A program made the translations under genes and the position numbers. From assembly GCF_963506605.1 (NCBI RefSeq), contig NC_083283.1, positions 34,844,001-34,908,000 of the forward strand: a stretch of DNA of 64,000 nt, read 5' to 3'. The stretch's first letter is position 1. Each line of letters opens with the position of its first letter. Under the pieces are notes generated by a model that was given only the letters and a program-made list of their open reading frames with translations, was not told the origin of the DNA and did no database searches. Positions 1-13,503 of this stretch are shown here, in pieces. The DNA is from Zootoca vivipara. Lineage: Eukaryota.

Positions 1-306
1 GACTGTAGTATCAAGGAGGGAGAGGTGGGGTACTCAGGAGGGGCCCACTGAGAACTTCTTGCCCAAGCCCACCCCGCAAACCTGGAAGCACCACAGTCCT
101 GACACACTTTTCCTTTGACCGAAACGCTTTCAAAAAATGATGTGCTGGGTAAGACTCAGGGCACCAGCAGTTGGTCAAGTTGAACACTGGCCCAGCACCT
201 AAGAAGAATCCTTCATCAGCACAACCCAACTTGCTGCCCTCCTCACAGGCCCCATAGGTTTCACACACCCATGAGCCTGGGCACTATATTTCAGGTAAAT
301 TAAACC

Positions 307-819
307 TGTCAGCAACCACCCCGGAGGCAAACTGAGCTTGGTTCCCACTCAAAAGGTACACTGCCACCCACCATTAGTGTCAAGTTCAGGAGTTATAGTC
401 CTTTTATCACAGCATTATGTTGCAACACAAATAGACAACCCTACGCAAGGATATCAGTTGCCTACTCTGACTCCTCCTGACTTTCACAGAAAGAAGGGTG
501 CCAAAGGGACGTCCCTCCCCTACCCCACATCTCCTTTCTTCTCTGACACATTCGGACCTCCGAGTTCGGGCGGAGGGAGGGGGTTCCCCCTCACTCTCGA
601 TTGATGTATCGCTCAGTTTCTCCCTCCCTTCTGGTTGCTTAGCTACTATCTCATAGCTGGGGTACCTCCTCGCTAAACTGTGCAGCTTCTGTGTCTCTCT
701 GTCTGTCTGCTTCTGGAAATGCTGGAAGCGGGGGGGGGGGTTCCTCCTCCTCTTCTGTTAGGTCCTGATCTTCCTGTGATTGCATTCCCCAATCTTCTGA
801 TCCAGACCACCCCCTGACA
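307..819 (-). mobile_element. Probable solo LTR (Gypsy-like)
   Basis: TGTCAG...CTGACA inverted termini, ~510 bp, non-coding. Possible TATA-like GATAAAAG on the minus strand at ~401-408. No clean TSD found. Confidence 0.5.
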
Positions 820-884
820 ACTAGATTGTCAGTCCCGGCAGGTTCCCATGAGGAAGGCAGTAAGTGGTGCTGCTGCCTCTGCCA

Positions 885-1015
885 TGGCTGCATGGGTAGA
901 AGGAAAAAATGTGACAGGATCCACAAGGACACACTCTCTGAGGAGCTGGCTTTAGGCACCAGGCCCTTTGGCAGACCAACTCTGTGATACAAAGATGTCT
1001 GTCTGCAAATGTGGC
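885..1015 (+). mobile_element. Degenerate RTE-clade LINE 3' ORF fragment
   Basis: Similar to 32881-33115 (caaggac...gaggagctggct...ttggcagacca...tacaaagatgtctg). Encodes a degraded KD-L--EL--G-RP-GRP-L-YKDVC motif. Confidence 0.55.
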
Positions 1016-1294
1016 CCCTCCCCCCAGCAAATTTCAAGGACCTGGAGGGACAAAACAGGGAAAGTCCCATTGCACAAGCGGAAGATCATGCACAGGGCTT
1101 CTGCTGACAGGACTAGTTAGGTGAATTCCACCCATTGTGTATGACATTTTGTTGTCTATTGTATTGTAAAGTAAGGCTTTGATAGAGGGAGCTTGTCATG
1201 GACTCGTTGGACACAGAGGAATGGTGGGAGGAACCAGCTGGGATATACTGTAATTTTTAAATGGATATACTTTTAAAACACACGTTGACTAGCA

Positions 1295-1295
<1 letters not shown>

Positions 1296-1330
<35 letters not shown>
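1296..1330. repeat. (TGTC)n microsatellite
   Basis: Direct tandem tetranucleotide run. Confidence 0.95.
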
Positions 1331-2084
1331 ATGTGTGTGTTTAAAATAATAAATAAAAGAGAGAACTGCCATGTGGCCAAAATTATAATTCATTCCACCC
1401 CCACCAACCTCCCAAAAAACCACTCTGGCATATGGCAACCTTGCTCTTTTGTTTAGTGAACTTTTGCACTCGCCGCTTTCCCCCAGAGTTTCCCTGCATT
1501 TCCAACAGCAAACAAGCTGTGAGTTAGCATAAGAAAGCCTGATGGTCCATTCACTTGTTTCTGCTTGACGCCACCTGTGTATGCCTGAAAATGTTATCTT
1601 ATGTCCACTTTTCCTGAGGATGGTGAGGTCTTGCTCTTCCTAAAGCGATTATTTACTTCCACTGGAGCAATACCCTTGGAGAGGTTTGGTCCCCAAACTT
1701 GCCTGATTTTTTACACCAATTCATACACTTTGTCCCTGCATCTTTAGCATCTTAGTATTTATTAACAGCAGTAGCTGTGACTGAAAGTTACACTGCTGAG
1801 TTTCCCTCGTCTTCAAGATAAACGTAATGTGCTAAGTGGGAACACATTTGCAGTGCTTTGGCATCATTTATGCATGAGAGGATGCTTGATTCTAAGGCAT
1901 TTTTTAAAAAAATAAAAATAAAAATAAAACTCATTTTCTTTCCCTCCTTCTATGAAATCACCCCTTGGTGTCCTGAAGCTGTTTGTCAAATGTGTTATTG
2001 GGGTGGGGGGAAGAAGCACAGTGCTAGAGAAGAGCTCTAAAGGGAGGCAGACTTCTGCTGAGCCAGCCTTTTTGATGACTGCCC

Positions 2085-2400
2085 TCATTTCCTGACAGCT
2101 CCCTTTGGAGACCGAGAAGAAAACATGATGCCACCATGCGTACTGTTCACCGCAAACTTTCTGAAAATGTTTGGCAAAGGCTCTTCTCTGCTGATAAAAG
2201 ATTTATGACTAATGTCTCCAAAGGTTGATTCATATGTTGCTCCAGAAAAGAACGAAAATGCCACGCCACCCAACCATAAATGATGGGTTTTAATGCAAGG
2301 AAGACTGGTTGAAATTCAATGGCCTATGCAATGATGATCAACCCGAACCGTTCTGATGCTCAGTGATTATTTGCACCTGAAATGGTCATGTTGACTGGCA
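2085..2400. promoter_or_regulatory. Candidate conserved non-coding element/enhancer
   Basis: TE-free, with retained CpGs and TGACAG (MEIS-like), GATTTATGA and CCATAAAT (HOX/PBX-like) motifs. Conservation not tested. Confidence 0.3.
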
Positions 2401-2525
2401 AATGTTTAAGTGTATTCAATCAGTTCACCCAGATATTTTCCTCTAGATTCCCCCCCCCCAAAAAAAATATCTCTCAGAAAAGGCAAAAGAAACATTATTC
2501 AATTGTTTTCAATGTACTGGGCGCC

Positions 2526-2601
2526 TTCTTCTTCTTCTTTGGTGATCACTCGTAGTCGAGTAAGATTGTCTTCTATGAAAATGGTCTTAACAGTGAGTTC
2601 A
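2526..2601 (-). mobile_element. RTE LINE extreme 3' end with (GAA)n tail
   Basis: Matches 34985-35040 (atcactc.tag.cgagtaagattgtcttc.at...ttaaca.tgagt), preceded by (TTC)4. Confidence 0.7.
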
Positions 2602-3946
2602 TAACATATTGGCAACATGGTTTTTATATCATGAGTAATGATGATGTGGAGAGCTTCAAGGTGCAGGAAGAGAAGAAGTTGAGAATGGGAGCATGAAATC
2701 TTGGCACACGAAGCTAAGTATAGATGTTTGTTTGCTGCATTTTTATCTTCCTTTTCAGACAATTATTGCCTCCTAAAGTAGCTTACATCAATAAAGAAAG
2801 AGAATTAAAATTTGCAAGCCTTTAAGCTTGCAAACTACAGTGACAAGAAATGGGATAGTAGGGGAAAGATAGAAAAGGTAGATCAGTTCTTCAAGACCAA
2901 ATAAAGTGATGACCTATTAGAGGGCATTTATATCTACTTCAGGTTAGATGCCTCTTTTTCCTTTGGTCCCTTTGGTTGGAGCTAGAATATGCACGAAAGA
3001 GAAATTAGATTCAGCTTACTTCTAAAAGCAAATCTACCTAATTTGCACTTTCTCAAACATTGTGTGAACTGAAATACAGCCATCCTTCAAAATTCGCACT
3101 TCTCTGAGTTTTGCAGTTCTCTAACCAAGTGATGTGTAGAAAAAAATGCATGTACTGGGATGCATGAAAATGCACAGATTAGTGAAAATAGCATGCAAAA
3201 ATGAATTCTATTAGAGGAAATTGTCTTGCAAAAATGTGCATATTACATAAAACATGTAGATGCTGGGTGAAATTTTCATTAAAAATGCTTGCGAATTTTC
3301 ACAAGGACTTTAAAAAATTCATGCTGATGTACAAATGTGACAAAGTGAATTTATGGCTGGAAATATGAGAAACTGAAATTGACAGATTAGCCCCTCTCTA
3401 GGCTAGATGTTCCTTCTGGGAAACAGAAGGTGCAGTCTTCCAGAGGCCCAAAGTCCTCTGACCGATGGAAAAAGCCAGAGTGTGCTTCCCTTCTGCTCTC
3501 CAGTCCCAAGGCAACTTGAGGGGGTGTGAGGAAGTCTTTGTTGGGTTTTTTGTTTTTATTTTTTAACATGGTATGACTTAAGGGAAAGGATGTTTCCTGA
3601 GCTTTCTGGGAATAATTTGGTAGGCTTCTGCAGTATGTATTTATGTGCATACATATATAGCACACTAATATCAGAAAGAAAATACTTCCACTTTTGGAGC
3701 ACTACTGTACCTGCATTTGTCTGTTATAGTGGTGGAGGGGGAGGAATCCTCTGTTGGAAATTATGATCTCAGGTAGTCATGGTGAAAACCGAATCAGGAG
3801 GTGTAGGGTTTTACCCATCATTGGCTCTGGCCACTGCCAGCATGCAGTTCCTAACAGATTACCCTCAAGGGACTGCAGCCACCAATGGGAAAAAAAGGTT
3901 GCCCACCCTCACATAATGAGCTAGAAATAATCTGACATAGAATCTT

Positions 3947-4001
3947 CACACACACACACACACACAGACACACAGACACACACACACACACACACACACA
4001 C
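3947..4001. repeat. (CA)n microsatellite, interrupted
   Basis: Direct sequence. Confidence 0.95.
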
Positions 4002-4689
4002 AACATGTTTCTAGACCCCATGAAGACAGGTAGCAAATGTAGGGGCTATGTCTGCTTAACACTCAGAAAACTAATATTGAATCATGGGCAACTTTGACTT
4101 CCAGCAATCACAAAAACTACCATGTTTTTGGATACTCGTCGGATTTAACCATCCTTATTGCTCCCTCTCCCTTTCTCATTATTATTTTCTTTTAAAGTTC
4201 ATTAAAACACTCTAAATTCTGCAATAAACAAATACCATAATCTAACTAGGTTACTAAGCTATGCAAGTAAAGCGTATTTGCGCTAATAGGTGGGTAACAA
4301 TTTCATCTATAAATTGCATTGGATTTGCTTACAGCCAAATCTGTTTTCCTCTCCCTGCTCCCATCTTATTAAAAACATTAGAAAGGAAAATGAAACTACG
4401 CAAGAGGGTTATGGAATTTCCAGACAGATAGAGAGATGGGTGCCAGAAATAACTGAAGGCTACTTTGCCACTTTTCTGTCCCCATCCTAAGCATATGTAA
4501 GAGGTCCCGTTGATTCTACTTGATATATTTAAGATCACACTATTAGAAGAAAGACAAGAGGAAAGTCCCTTATGTCTTTCTCCTTCTGTTGACCAAAACA
4601 GACCAAGAGCTTTTTTTAAAAAAAAAAACACAATAAACCTTAATTGTATTGCTTCACCCAATTAGTATTCCATCCATGAGCTGCACCAT

Positions 4690-5450
4690 CAGAGAAAAAT
4701 GCTTTCTGTAACACGTGTCCGGGATAGGGCTGGTGGATCTGAGCAGGGCCTCTCCAAATACAGTGACCATCTGCTACCCAAAACATAGGGATCTGACAAG
4801 CAGGAGCCATTCAGCCCTGTTGTTGGGCCACATTATTACATATTTGACAAGGGTAATGAGAGGCTGTCGTTAACCTTACATGACAGTTGTTACAATGACA
4901 CATGCAAAAAAAAAGAAGAAGAAACAAAGAACGGAACTTGCTTTAAAAAGAGAGGGAGAGAAAGGAAACAAAATCTAGCCTACTTTCCGCTTTAACCCAG
5001 GAATTGTCAGTCATCATTATTGCTAAATAGAAAGCTGGTGGTAATGGGGTTAATTTCCATTTCTATGCTCCCTTCATTCTCTTTTTGAAATGTATCCCTT
5101 CATACCATTAAGGAAAGCAGTATTATCGAGGCAGTTGGAAAGACAATGCATTATTTATCATTACACACTGAGATGTAAGAACAGAGAAAGGCTTCCTGGA
5201 GGAAGGAACCAAACAAGACATATTTCACGAAACCCTCTGATAGTGTGAAATAACATCGCTTAACTCAGGCACTGATATTTAATGTTACCGTTGCATAAGT
5301 GTGACATTTGACTCATCCTGCAATGTATTTCCTATCAGAGTCCCCAGCCACCTTAAAGCCACATGACAATCTGCTCAGCGTGTGACCTTGCCTCTCGGTA
5401 TAAGCACGAGAAGCCCAGCCACAGAACTGAATTGTTCTTCCTAACTTCCT
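4690..5450. promoter_or_regulatory. Candidate conserved non-coding element cluster
   Basis: TE-free unique sequence dense in TGACA/TAAT/ATTA motifs. Inference only. Confidence 0.35.
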
Positions 5451-6014
5451 GCTAAGTAATAGCTACTGTCTGGTTGAAAGGATATCTGGGTCTCTTTAGA
5501 GAGAATACAAATTCCCTGACCCTAAATGAGTATCTCGGGGCAGTCGCACATTGCTGTTTTGCTGAGATACAATTGCTTTTGCAGAACAGCTGAGCATAAT
5601 CAGTGATCTCCTTGCTTCCAGAATCACCTCCCAGCTGTACTGGAAGTTGCAAGGTTGTGCCAGTGAACATGAGACCTCATCGTGAAGCATCCATTCCTTA
5701 TGAAAGCATCAAGAGAAGAGGGGGGGGAGAGAACATTCTGTCTCACTACAGGAAATTTGTAGCCAGTTCTGGAGCTAGTTGAGCCCACAAGGATCAGCAA
5801 CAGCAAGAGCCAATGAAAAAATAGGACATCAGGTGGTGGCTCACTGTAGTATGAAGATACAAGGAGCCTCTGTGGGAGGGGTGAGGGGAAGGATCTCTGT
5901 ACTGTAGAGAAGCTGTATATAAATAGCATACAAAAGCAAAGCCATGTATTTCTGTACAAAATACAGAGGAGTAAAGGATACTGATGTCCACAATGTCCAG
6001 CTTTCCGAATATAC

Positions 6015-6016
<2 letters not shown>

Positions 6017-6060
<44 letters not shown>
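6017..6060. repeat. (ATT)n microsatellite
   Basis: Direct sequence; it produces the poly-Ile run in ORF 5841-6131. Confidence 0.95.
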
Positions 6061-6164
6061 TCCAAACTAGAGTAGAAATGGCAAAGTACAGAGAGAAAGG
6101 TTTGCTGAACAAACAGAACAATGGTGACCAATTCTCTCTTTTATTTAGCATATTTACTCAGAGT

Positions 6165-6295
6165 GGAGTACATGCCCTGTCCTATTTTATCTTCACAACA
6201 ACCTTGTGAGGTAGGCCAGGTGGAGAGATAGTGAGGAAGTTTTGTGACTGGTTGGGGATTTGAATCCAGCTCTCCCCGATCTAAATCCAGCAGCC
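6165..6295 (-). mobile_element. MIR/CORE-type (Squam3-like) SINE, degenerate
   Basis: ttatcttcacaacaaccttgtgaggtagg CORE motif and ggggatttgaatcc (B-box on the minus strand). Confidence 0.55.
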
Positions 6296-7618
6296 TGCTC
6301 TTCTCCCTTTCTTCCATCACAGAACGTATAGTGGCATACTTGGTGTTCTCAGGTAGAGCTATCAGGCAGGACCTAGACATGTTTACCTTCAACAAAGGGA
6401 CTGCACCATGTGCTCTCAGTCAGACCATGCATAAACTGTGCTTGACAGATATTTATAAAAAGAAAGTGTGGTCATTCTCTAAAATGGAAGAACTATTTAT
6501 TCACTGCTGAAAAGGAGGCATGCCTTCGACAAACAAAATCCAGCCATTAGAAGATGCTAAACCTACTGGGTATTCCTAATGTTTCTACTCCATAAGTATT
6601 TTCGCTCTCCAATTAAATTAGATAGCCTTTCCTGTCTATGCTACTTCCATTCCCACATCCGAAAGCGGAAGATGGCTAAAAAAACCCCCGCCTTCCTCTT
6701 ATATGGTAGTCCACACTGTGCTAATAATAATATCATTATTTATTGCCATTGTCCTGTCTCTGGAATAACTGCATCCCAGTGGATGGGTACATTGTCCAGA
6801 TACCCTACCTCTGAATCGATAGACTTGTGAGAGCTGAGCTGTCCCAAAGGAGCTTATATGTGAAAAGTTTCAGGATGTCATTAACTGGAGCATCCTGGTG
6901 AATGTGCATGTGTACTCTATTAAGGAAGCTCTGAGGCAGTTTGCATTGCAGCACTGCTAAGAGAGCAGTGTTTACTTTGAAATGGCTGTCTTTTGCACAG
7001 ATGACTGTTGTTAAAAGCATAGACATCATATGCTTTGTTCCAGCCACTTTTGCCTCTGGTCCCAGCTACCTTTGCCTCTGGCCGTGTTTACCACTCACCT
7101 GTGGCCCCCAGAAGGCTGACCACTATGGAATGTAGCCCTTGGGCTGCAAAGGGTTTCCCACCTGTGACGTAGGTATGTGTTTGCAGCCTTACATTCTTAT
7201 AAAGGCTTCGATTCCTCACTTCAGTGACTCATGGCCTTGCACTAAGTGGTCCTTACACTATGTGTTTGGTGCAGGAGGTGGCTGAACTAGATGAGCATAA
7301 TGCAAACGTGATTCTCTCACCACCCAATGAATGGGTTTTGCTTTTACCAGTCACTCCAACCTGTGGCGTTGATAGGAAGGGGCAGGCAAAAAAAAAGGTT
7401 GCTGTGGGTTGAGGAATCTGCCAAATGTAGACATGATCTCCCATAAGAGTTATTTACATATTGTTTTGTGTAAATTGCTTAAAGGTTTCTCTCCCCCTCC
7501 CCCAAGTAGGCTATATATACAAGTTTTGTTAAATAATAAATAAACTAGCAAACTGGAAGCACGTTTCAGGAATACTGTTAAGCAGAGTGTGTTGTACATG
7601 GACAATAGCTTCAAAATG

Positions 7619-7708
7619 CATAGCTGCCAAGTTCTCCCTTTTTTTAAGGGAAATTCCCTTATGCTGAATAGGCTTCCTCGTGAGAAAAGGGAAAACTTGG
7701 CAGCTATG
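7619..7708. mobile_element. 90-bp hAT MITE
   Basis: Perfect TIRs CATAGCTGCCAAGTT/AACTTGGCAGCTATG; 8-bp TSD TCAAAATG at 7611-7618 and 7709-7716. Confidence 0.9.
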
Positions 7709-8103
7709 TCAAAATGAGCTCTGGTTTATTTCCAGAGCAGACCGGTCTTTTGTGAAGAGAGATGCTGTTAGGTAATTTTAGACTCCAGAATTAATGGTCT
7801 TATGGGACCCCTTCCTCTTTACAATATGTATTCCTCAACTTACTTCAAAATGTGGTAAGTCGGTCCTGTGGCATTTAGGAGCCCTCCTGCTCATTTTGCT
7901 GAGTGGGGGCCCTGGATGCCCAAAGTCTAGCCCTAATGGGACCACTGTTGGTCAGTAGTGTGTCACATCTTTCTTTTATCCCTGTTTTCATGTTCTCTCT
8001 GTTTTAAGCTTGGTTTTAGAGGTGCAACTCTAGAGTCGTGGTTCCTTCCAACTCTACAATTCTAAGGTTCTATGAATGCTACCTAAGTAGGTAAGATATA
8101 GGC

Positions 8104-8239
8104 CAGGCATCCCCAAACTGCGGCCCTCCAGATGTTTTGGCCTACAACTCCCATGATCCCTAGCTAGCAGGACCAGTGGTCGGGGATGATGGGATTTGTG
8201 GTCCAAAACATCTGGAGGGCCGAAGTTTGGGGATGCCTG
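8104..8239. mobile_element. 136-bp hAT (Charlie/Buster-like) MITE
   Basis: TIRs CAGGCATCCCCAAACT/AGTTTGGGGATGCCTG; 8-bp TSD ATATAGGC at 8096-8103 and 8240-8247. Near-identical to 22678-22813. Confidence 0.93.
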
Positions 8240-8532
8240 ATATAGGCTGATTAAGAAAGAAGGGGACCTGGGAAAGTTAGATTCCTAAATGGGGAATCAA
8301 GGTGAGGGCAGGAATAGAAGGAAGAAGTGCTCTCCCCCTCTCTCATAAGGCATGGCAATGAGATGGGATATAGATATAATGTTTTATTACTTTACTGCTG
8401 AGATTAAATATTAGGAATCATAGATCAGAGGCAGAACATCCACTCTGCATGCAGAAGCTCCCAATTCTGGGAGAGACCACGGTCTGAAATCCTGGAAAGC
8501 CACTGCCAGTCTACATTGACTATTGTCTACAG

Positions 8533-8648
8533 CAGGGATGTCCAACTCCCAAGAGACTATGATCTACTCACAGAATGAAAAACTGGCAGTGACTTCTAAC
8601 AACCGGGGGTCGACCTGTCGATTGCGGTCGACCTGTTGGACATCCCTG
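8533..8648. mobile_element. 116-bp hAT MITE
   Basis: Perfect 14-bp TIR CAGGGATGTCCAAC; TSD GTCTACAG at 8525-8532 and 8649-8656. Confidence 0.92.
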
Positions 8649-9597
8649 GTCTACAGTATTTAGCTCAATAGAAGACAGTTCCCTATGTTCCTATTTATTT
8701 ATGCTTCTTATTTGATTTTAGTTTTTTTTAATGAAATAAAAAGTTTTTAGTTGCTGACCACACCCACATTTCAGAATTGCATGAATCTTCATATGTATAT
8801 TCTGACTTTTTTAGGAGTGTTATGCTTTATATTTCAGCATTCTTTCCTTTTGTTTTGAAATGTATATGAGTCCTGCTGGTGACAGATAAATGTTAAAACA
8901 TTTCACTATTTTCACTATTAAAATAGAAATATAGCCATATCTGCTCTCTTAAATTTCAGGTTCATTTTATAGATTTCTGGTGCTTACATACTTAAAGAAA
9001 TTCGGAGTGAATGTGGGCTTATTTTCCCCTTTCATTTGAAAATTGGACACTCAGATGTGACTAATTAAATATTTTTAAATTGCTTAAGTGTTTGAGTTTT
9101 CTGTGCATGTGGTGGAAAGAGTATGGCATAAATCAGGCTTCAAAAAAGGGACTCAAATAGGAAACATTTATCTGTTCAAATAGAAGTGTCATGCTCATGG
9201 TGACATGCTATAAAGGAGTAATAATTTTATATATTTTGATCAAAAGGACTTGGCTCATTTTATGTGCTTAGCATATCTCGGCAAGTTGCAGGCCTCTCAT
9301 TTGCTTCAAACACTATCACAAGTCAGTTTAAACGATATTTAATGAGATTTCTGTTGAATTATGAATGGACCACCATGATGCAAAGTGGCATTCACATTTC
9401 TCTGGGAATATGCAGTGACCTAAAGACAGCTAAAGAAATTGGGCATTCAGGGGAAGCCCAAGACATTTTGCTGTGTGCAAGGTGGTACAGAAGCTGAATG
9501 GAGTATCAGTTGAATCTTCACATCAGCACTAGTGATGCTAGCACAGCAACCCAGGGCAGGTTGTGCAGCATTCAAAGCTCTATCCTGCAACATCTTG

Positions 9598-9892
9598 CCA
9601 GAATGCTGCAGCTAAACTGGTGACTGAGAGCAGCCGCTGGGACTATATTATACCAGTCCTGAAAGACCTGCTTTGGCTCCCAGTATGCTTCCGGGCACAA
9701 TTCAAAGTATTGGTGCTGACCTTTAAAGCCCTAAATGGCCTCTGCCCTTTATACCTGAAGCAGCATCTCCACGGCCATCATTCAGCCTGGACAGTGAGAT
9801 CCAGCATCAAGGGCCTTCTGGCAGTTCCCTCACTGTGAGAAGCGAAGCTACAGGGAGCCGGGCAGAGGGCCTTCTCGGTAGTGGCGCCCACC
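9598..9892 (+). mobile_element. L2-clade LINE ORF2 3' fragment
   Basis: Encodes QNAAAKLVT...IIPVLKDLLWLPVCFRAQFKVLVLTFKALNGL; homologous to 22584-23197 and 57344-57784. Confidence 0.85.
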
Positions 9893-11167
9893 CCAGGGCT
9901 GTTGTGAAGTTCCTTTACCTTGCCACTGTGAAACTACACCAGACAAAAGGGTTTCCGAATCAGAGGGTGGTGTTTTTAGATAGACTTAAGGCCTTACATC
10001 TAGTGATCAAGCACTGCCATTTTTCAAGCAGAATAAAAATTTAAAACTGTATCTAATCCATTTTTATTAGCCTCATGAAGTAACTGGAGAGGGGTGTCAT
10101 ATGAGGATAAAGAAGGTTGTATTGGGGTGGGGAAGGTCATATGAGGGAAAGGACACCTCTTTATTAGAGGGTTTTTTAAAAAGTTATGAGGGCAAAATAT
10201 TTGATATAAGCTAACACAAATGAAGGAGTGAATTGTTCCTCAAAGCATTGGTTTCAAATATGTGAGTAATAAATATGTAACAGAAAAGAGACTCTCTTCT
10301 AGCTGTCAGGCCTGAGATTTGTGCCACAGTCACTCCCCAAAGAGAGCGATGTACTTGTGTGTTTGTTTATTCCCTGCTGGAGAAGTCGTCCTTCAATGGA
10401 GGCAACAGAGCACTCCTGGGAGCCACCCATCTGTTAAGAGAGAATGGGAACTGCCACACATCTGTACAAAACTCTAATTTCTAATTCTGGGCCTTTGCTT
10501 TTTAGCGGCTTGCCCCTCTGTGGGGACTGACAAGTAGGACATAATTCTACAAAAGTTCTGTTTTGAATAGAAACCGATATAAATGTGAATGAAGATTAAA
10601 CAGGGGGGCCCAATTAAATGTAATGTTAAATGCATGTTGCTTTTCTTTTAAAAAAATGTAAATAATGGGTGTGGTGGGAGGTTACAATAACTGGGATTGC
10701 AGCAGGAAGAGGAATTTCTGCCCCTGCTGCATTCCTGAGGAAAACCCTCCTCTGAAGCTCCTCATTGCGTTGGGGTTATGTTGTTTTATTTATTCAATGA
10801 TTTTTATGCCACCTTTCAAAACATAGTTTTCCCAAGGTGGCTATAGCATGTACATATGGGTATGGGTATATATATAGTCTCTCTCTATATATATATATAG
10901 TCTTGCAACAGCTTTTGTTACCTCACTGTTGCGTGATTTAGAGCTACCACCTCACAGGAACTGATGATGCGTGTCACTGTTTGGCCAGGCCAGCAGTAGT
11001 TAACAGAAACTTGAAGAATCTAGTTTAGCGAATACATTCATTGTGGTTCAACTTTTTTTGGTTCAAACTTAAATACTCCAACATCATCCAAGGCTGTATA
11101 TGATGTCTGATCTTCTGAAGAGTTAGAAGGATGTGAGGCAATTGTGGGCCATTTATTGTTTATTATA

Positions 11168-11392
11168 CAGTGGTACCTTGAGTTACAAACGCCTCAGGTT
11201 ACAAACTCCGCTAACCTGGAAGAGTTACCTCTAGTTGAGAACTTTGCCCCAGGATGAGAACGGAAATTGTGTGCCGGTGGCACAGCAGCAGCCAGTGGCC
11301 CCATTAGCGAAAGCACGCCTCTCGTTAAGAACAGTTTCAGGTTAAGAACGGACCACTGGAATGAATTAAGTTCGTAACTAGAGTTACCACTG
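11168..11392. mobile_element. Tc1/mariner-pogo (Tigger-like) MITE
   Basis: TA-flanked, with CAGTGGTACCT...GTTACCACTG TIRs. Confidence 0.85.
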
Positions 11393-13244
11393 TATTTTTA
11401 TTGGAGAGATGTATTCAAACCAGTTCCTAAATCAACTTACAAAGAATCAAAATGCAATGGTCCGAATCCTAAGTTTGTCAGCCCCTTTGAATTCCCATTG
11501 AAATCAATGAGTCATATGTTAGTCATCTCTAAGGTGTCCCGTTGATAACAGAGGGACTTTTGGCATGACTAACTTTCTCCAGATTGAGATGAAAGGGGGA
11601 GGAAAGCATACTGATGACATACTTAAAAACAACATAACCTAAAACAGCATTGAGAAAACTATCAGCAAGACAAAGCCAATAAAATTAAACAATTAATGGT
11701 GGCTTTAAAATGACATCAAAGTGGACACTGGATGAGCAACATTGCATAATCTGAACAGTGCCACTGAACAGACCGTTTTCTTGACAGCCAGATATCTGAA
11801 GCCCGTTTCTCTTATCTTCATTGGCACCTCCGAAAAATAGCGTTGACCCAATTGACTGCTTGGGTTGCTTGTAAGGACCAGCCCTGCACGATGGCATTCT
11901 ATAAATGACAAGTAATGAATCCACCATTCCCTCCACAGAAAGCTAAGCAGCCAATACAGAGCGGATTGACCAAACAGTGTTGAATTGTGGTGAGAAGGAG
12001 AGGAAGACCAGGGGTAGGATAGAAAAGGGGGAGTCTGCTGTGTTTTCATGAGGCTGCATATCTCTGGCTTCAGATGTAGACTGAAGAACAATGTGCACAT
12101 GGTTGGAATCCTGCATAGGAACAATTGTTTATGGAGAGCGGCAGGAGCTAAAAGTTGTTGAGCACAACTGAAAAGCATGCAGAAAGTCCAAGAAGCATGT
12201 TGTACATTTATAGGTTTCCTTCTGCCAGTAAAACATGGGAAAGGGACAACGCTTGTAAAGAGTTCATTGGCTAGAACAAGTGAGTTAGCCTGATCAATAA
12301 CAACTGCACATAGGCAAAGAGCTCTTAATGGCTCTTAATCTCCATTAGGCTGTGTTGGAAGAAATTAAGGGGGGTAAGGAAAGGGCCTGCACCACACTCC
12401 AGCCATTTATAGCAGCATCCTGGTACTTTCACGGAAGGCAAGCATTAGTTTGGATGCTGAGGTGCTCTGGGACAAGAGCCATTACTAGGACAGGAAACTA
12501 TTGCATATTATGATCCAGGAAATGCTCCTGGGATCCCCCCCGGGGTATAAGTCTCCATGGTTTATACATATTTTAGCAGGATTTTAGCAGGAGGGTCACC
12601 CAAAAGAGCTTTGAAGCATAAAGTTTTCCTGACATCTGTTAATTAAATGTGAGCCATTCTGTCCTGCTGTTCAGAGCCTTCTTTTTGCTTCGGAATGGGT
12701 CGACCACTAAGAGCAAATGCTAATTAATGGGCAACCAGGGATGTCACACCCTGTTGGCAGGGTGGGAGTGAAAATGGGGCAGGCATTAAGCTAACTGGCC
12801 TGTAATTTCCAGGTTTCCCTCTAGATCCCTTTTTAGAAATTGGTGTTACATTAACTACATTACTAATCCTCAGGTATGGAGGCTGATCTGTGGGACAAGT
12901 TAAATCTCTTAGTTAAAATACTGTATCAATATTTTCACATTTGAGCTCTTGGAGAACTTATTTGTTTTCGTTTTTTGGCGGTTAGGCCTAGAATTTCATT
13001 TCTCACCCCCACTATCTGGCTAAGTTTTTCAGACTTCCCTCTTGCAAAAGTTAACTTATCATGCACTAGGATCTAACCTGTATTTTCCACTGTAAAGACA
13101 TGTGCAAATAATTCATTCAGCTTTTCTGCAGTCTTCTTACCCTCCATTTGGGGGACCTTTGACTTCCCTGTCATCCAAGGGTCCAAGGACAGAGAGATGC
13201 CCTATGCAGAAATTCAACCTTTATGTTTAATCAACCCACAAAGC

Positions 13245-13503
13245 CAGTGCCGTCTTAAGCGCGCCCTGGCGCCGTGGTGCGCCGGATCCTTCCGGCACCC
13301 TCCTGCCCTGCCCCCCAGCGTGGTGGGCGGGTGGGCGCTGCATGCAGCGCGGTGGGCGGGCAGGCAGGCGCAGCGTGGCTGCCGTGGGCGCAGCTGCGCA
13401 GCGGACCGGCCAGCCAGCAGGTGGGCGCAGCTCGCGGCGCCCTCCTGGTGGGCCGGCACCATGGTGCCCTGCGCCACCCAGCCTGCACGTAGGGCCGGCC
13501 CTG
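13245..13503. mobile_element. 259-bp GC-rich hAT (Tip100-like) MITE
   Basis: Imperfect TIRs CAGTGCCGTCTTA / CAGGGCCGGCCCTA (reverse complement); perfect 8-bp TSD CACAAAGC at 13237-13244 and 13504-13511. Confidence 0.9.

Noticed and set aside
651-1070. 139-aa acidic/proline-rich ORF
   Set aside because: It spans an LTR-like element and an RTE fragment; low complexity with no domain.
2096-2224. Possible plus-strand exon (SLWRPRRKHDATMRTVHRKLSENVWQRLFSADKRFMTNVSK)
   Set aside because: Weak donor (GTTGAT), unrecognised peptide and no partner exons.
3000-3390. Probable ancient repeats (also ~25880-26130, 34230-34540 and several decayed MITE relics at 26505-26620, 39735-39820, 41300-41410, 47030-47170 and 60283-60421)
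   Set aside because: They look repetitive, but termini and TSDs could not be defined by eye, so they are not reported as features.
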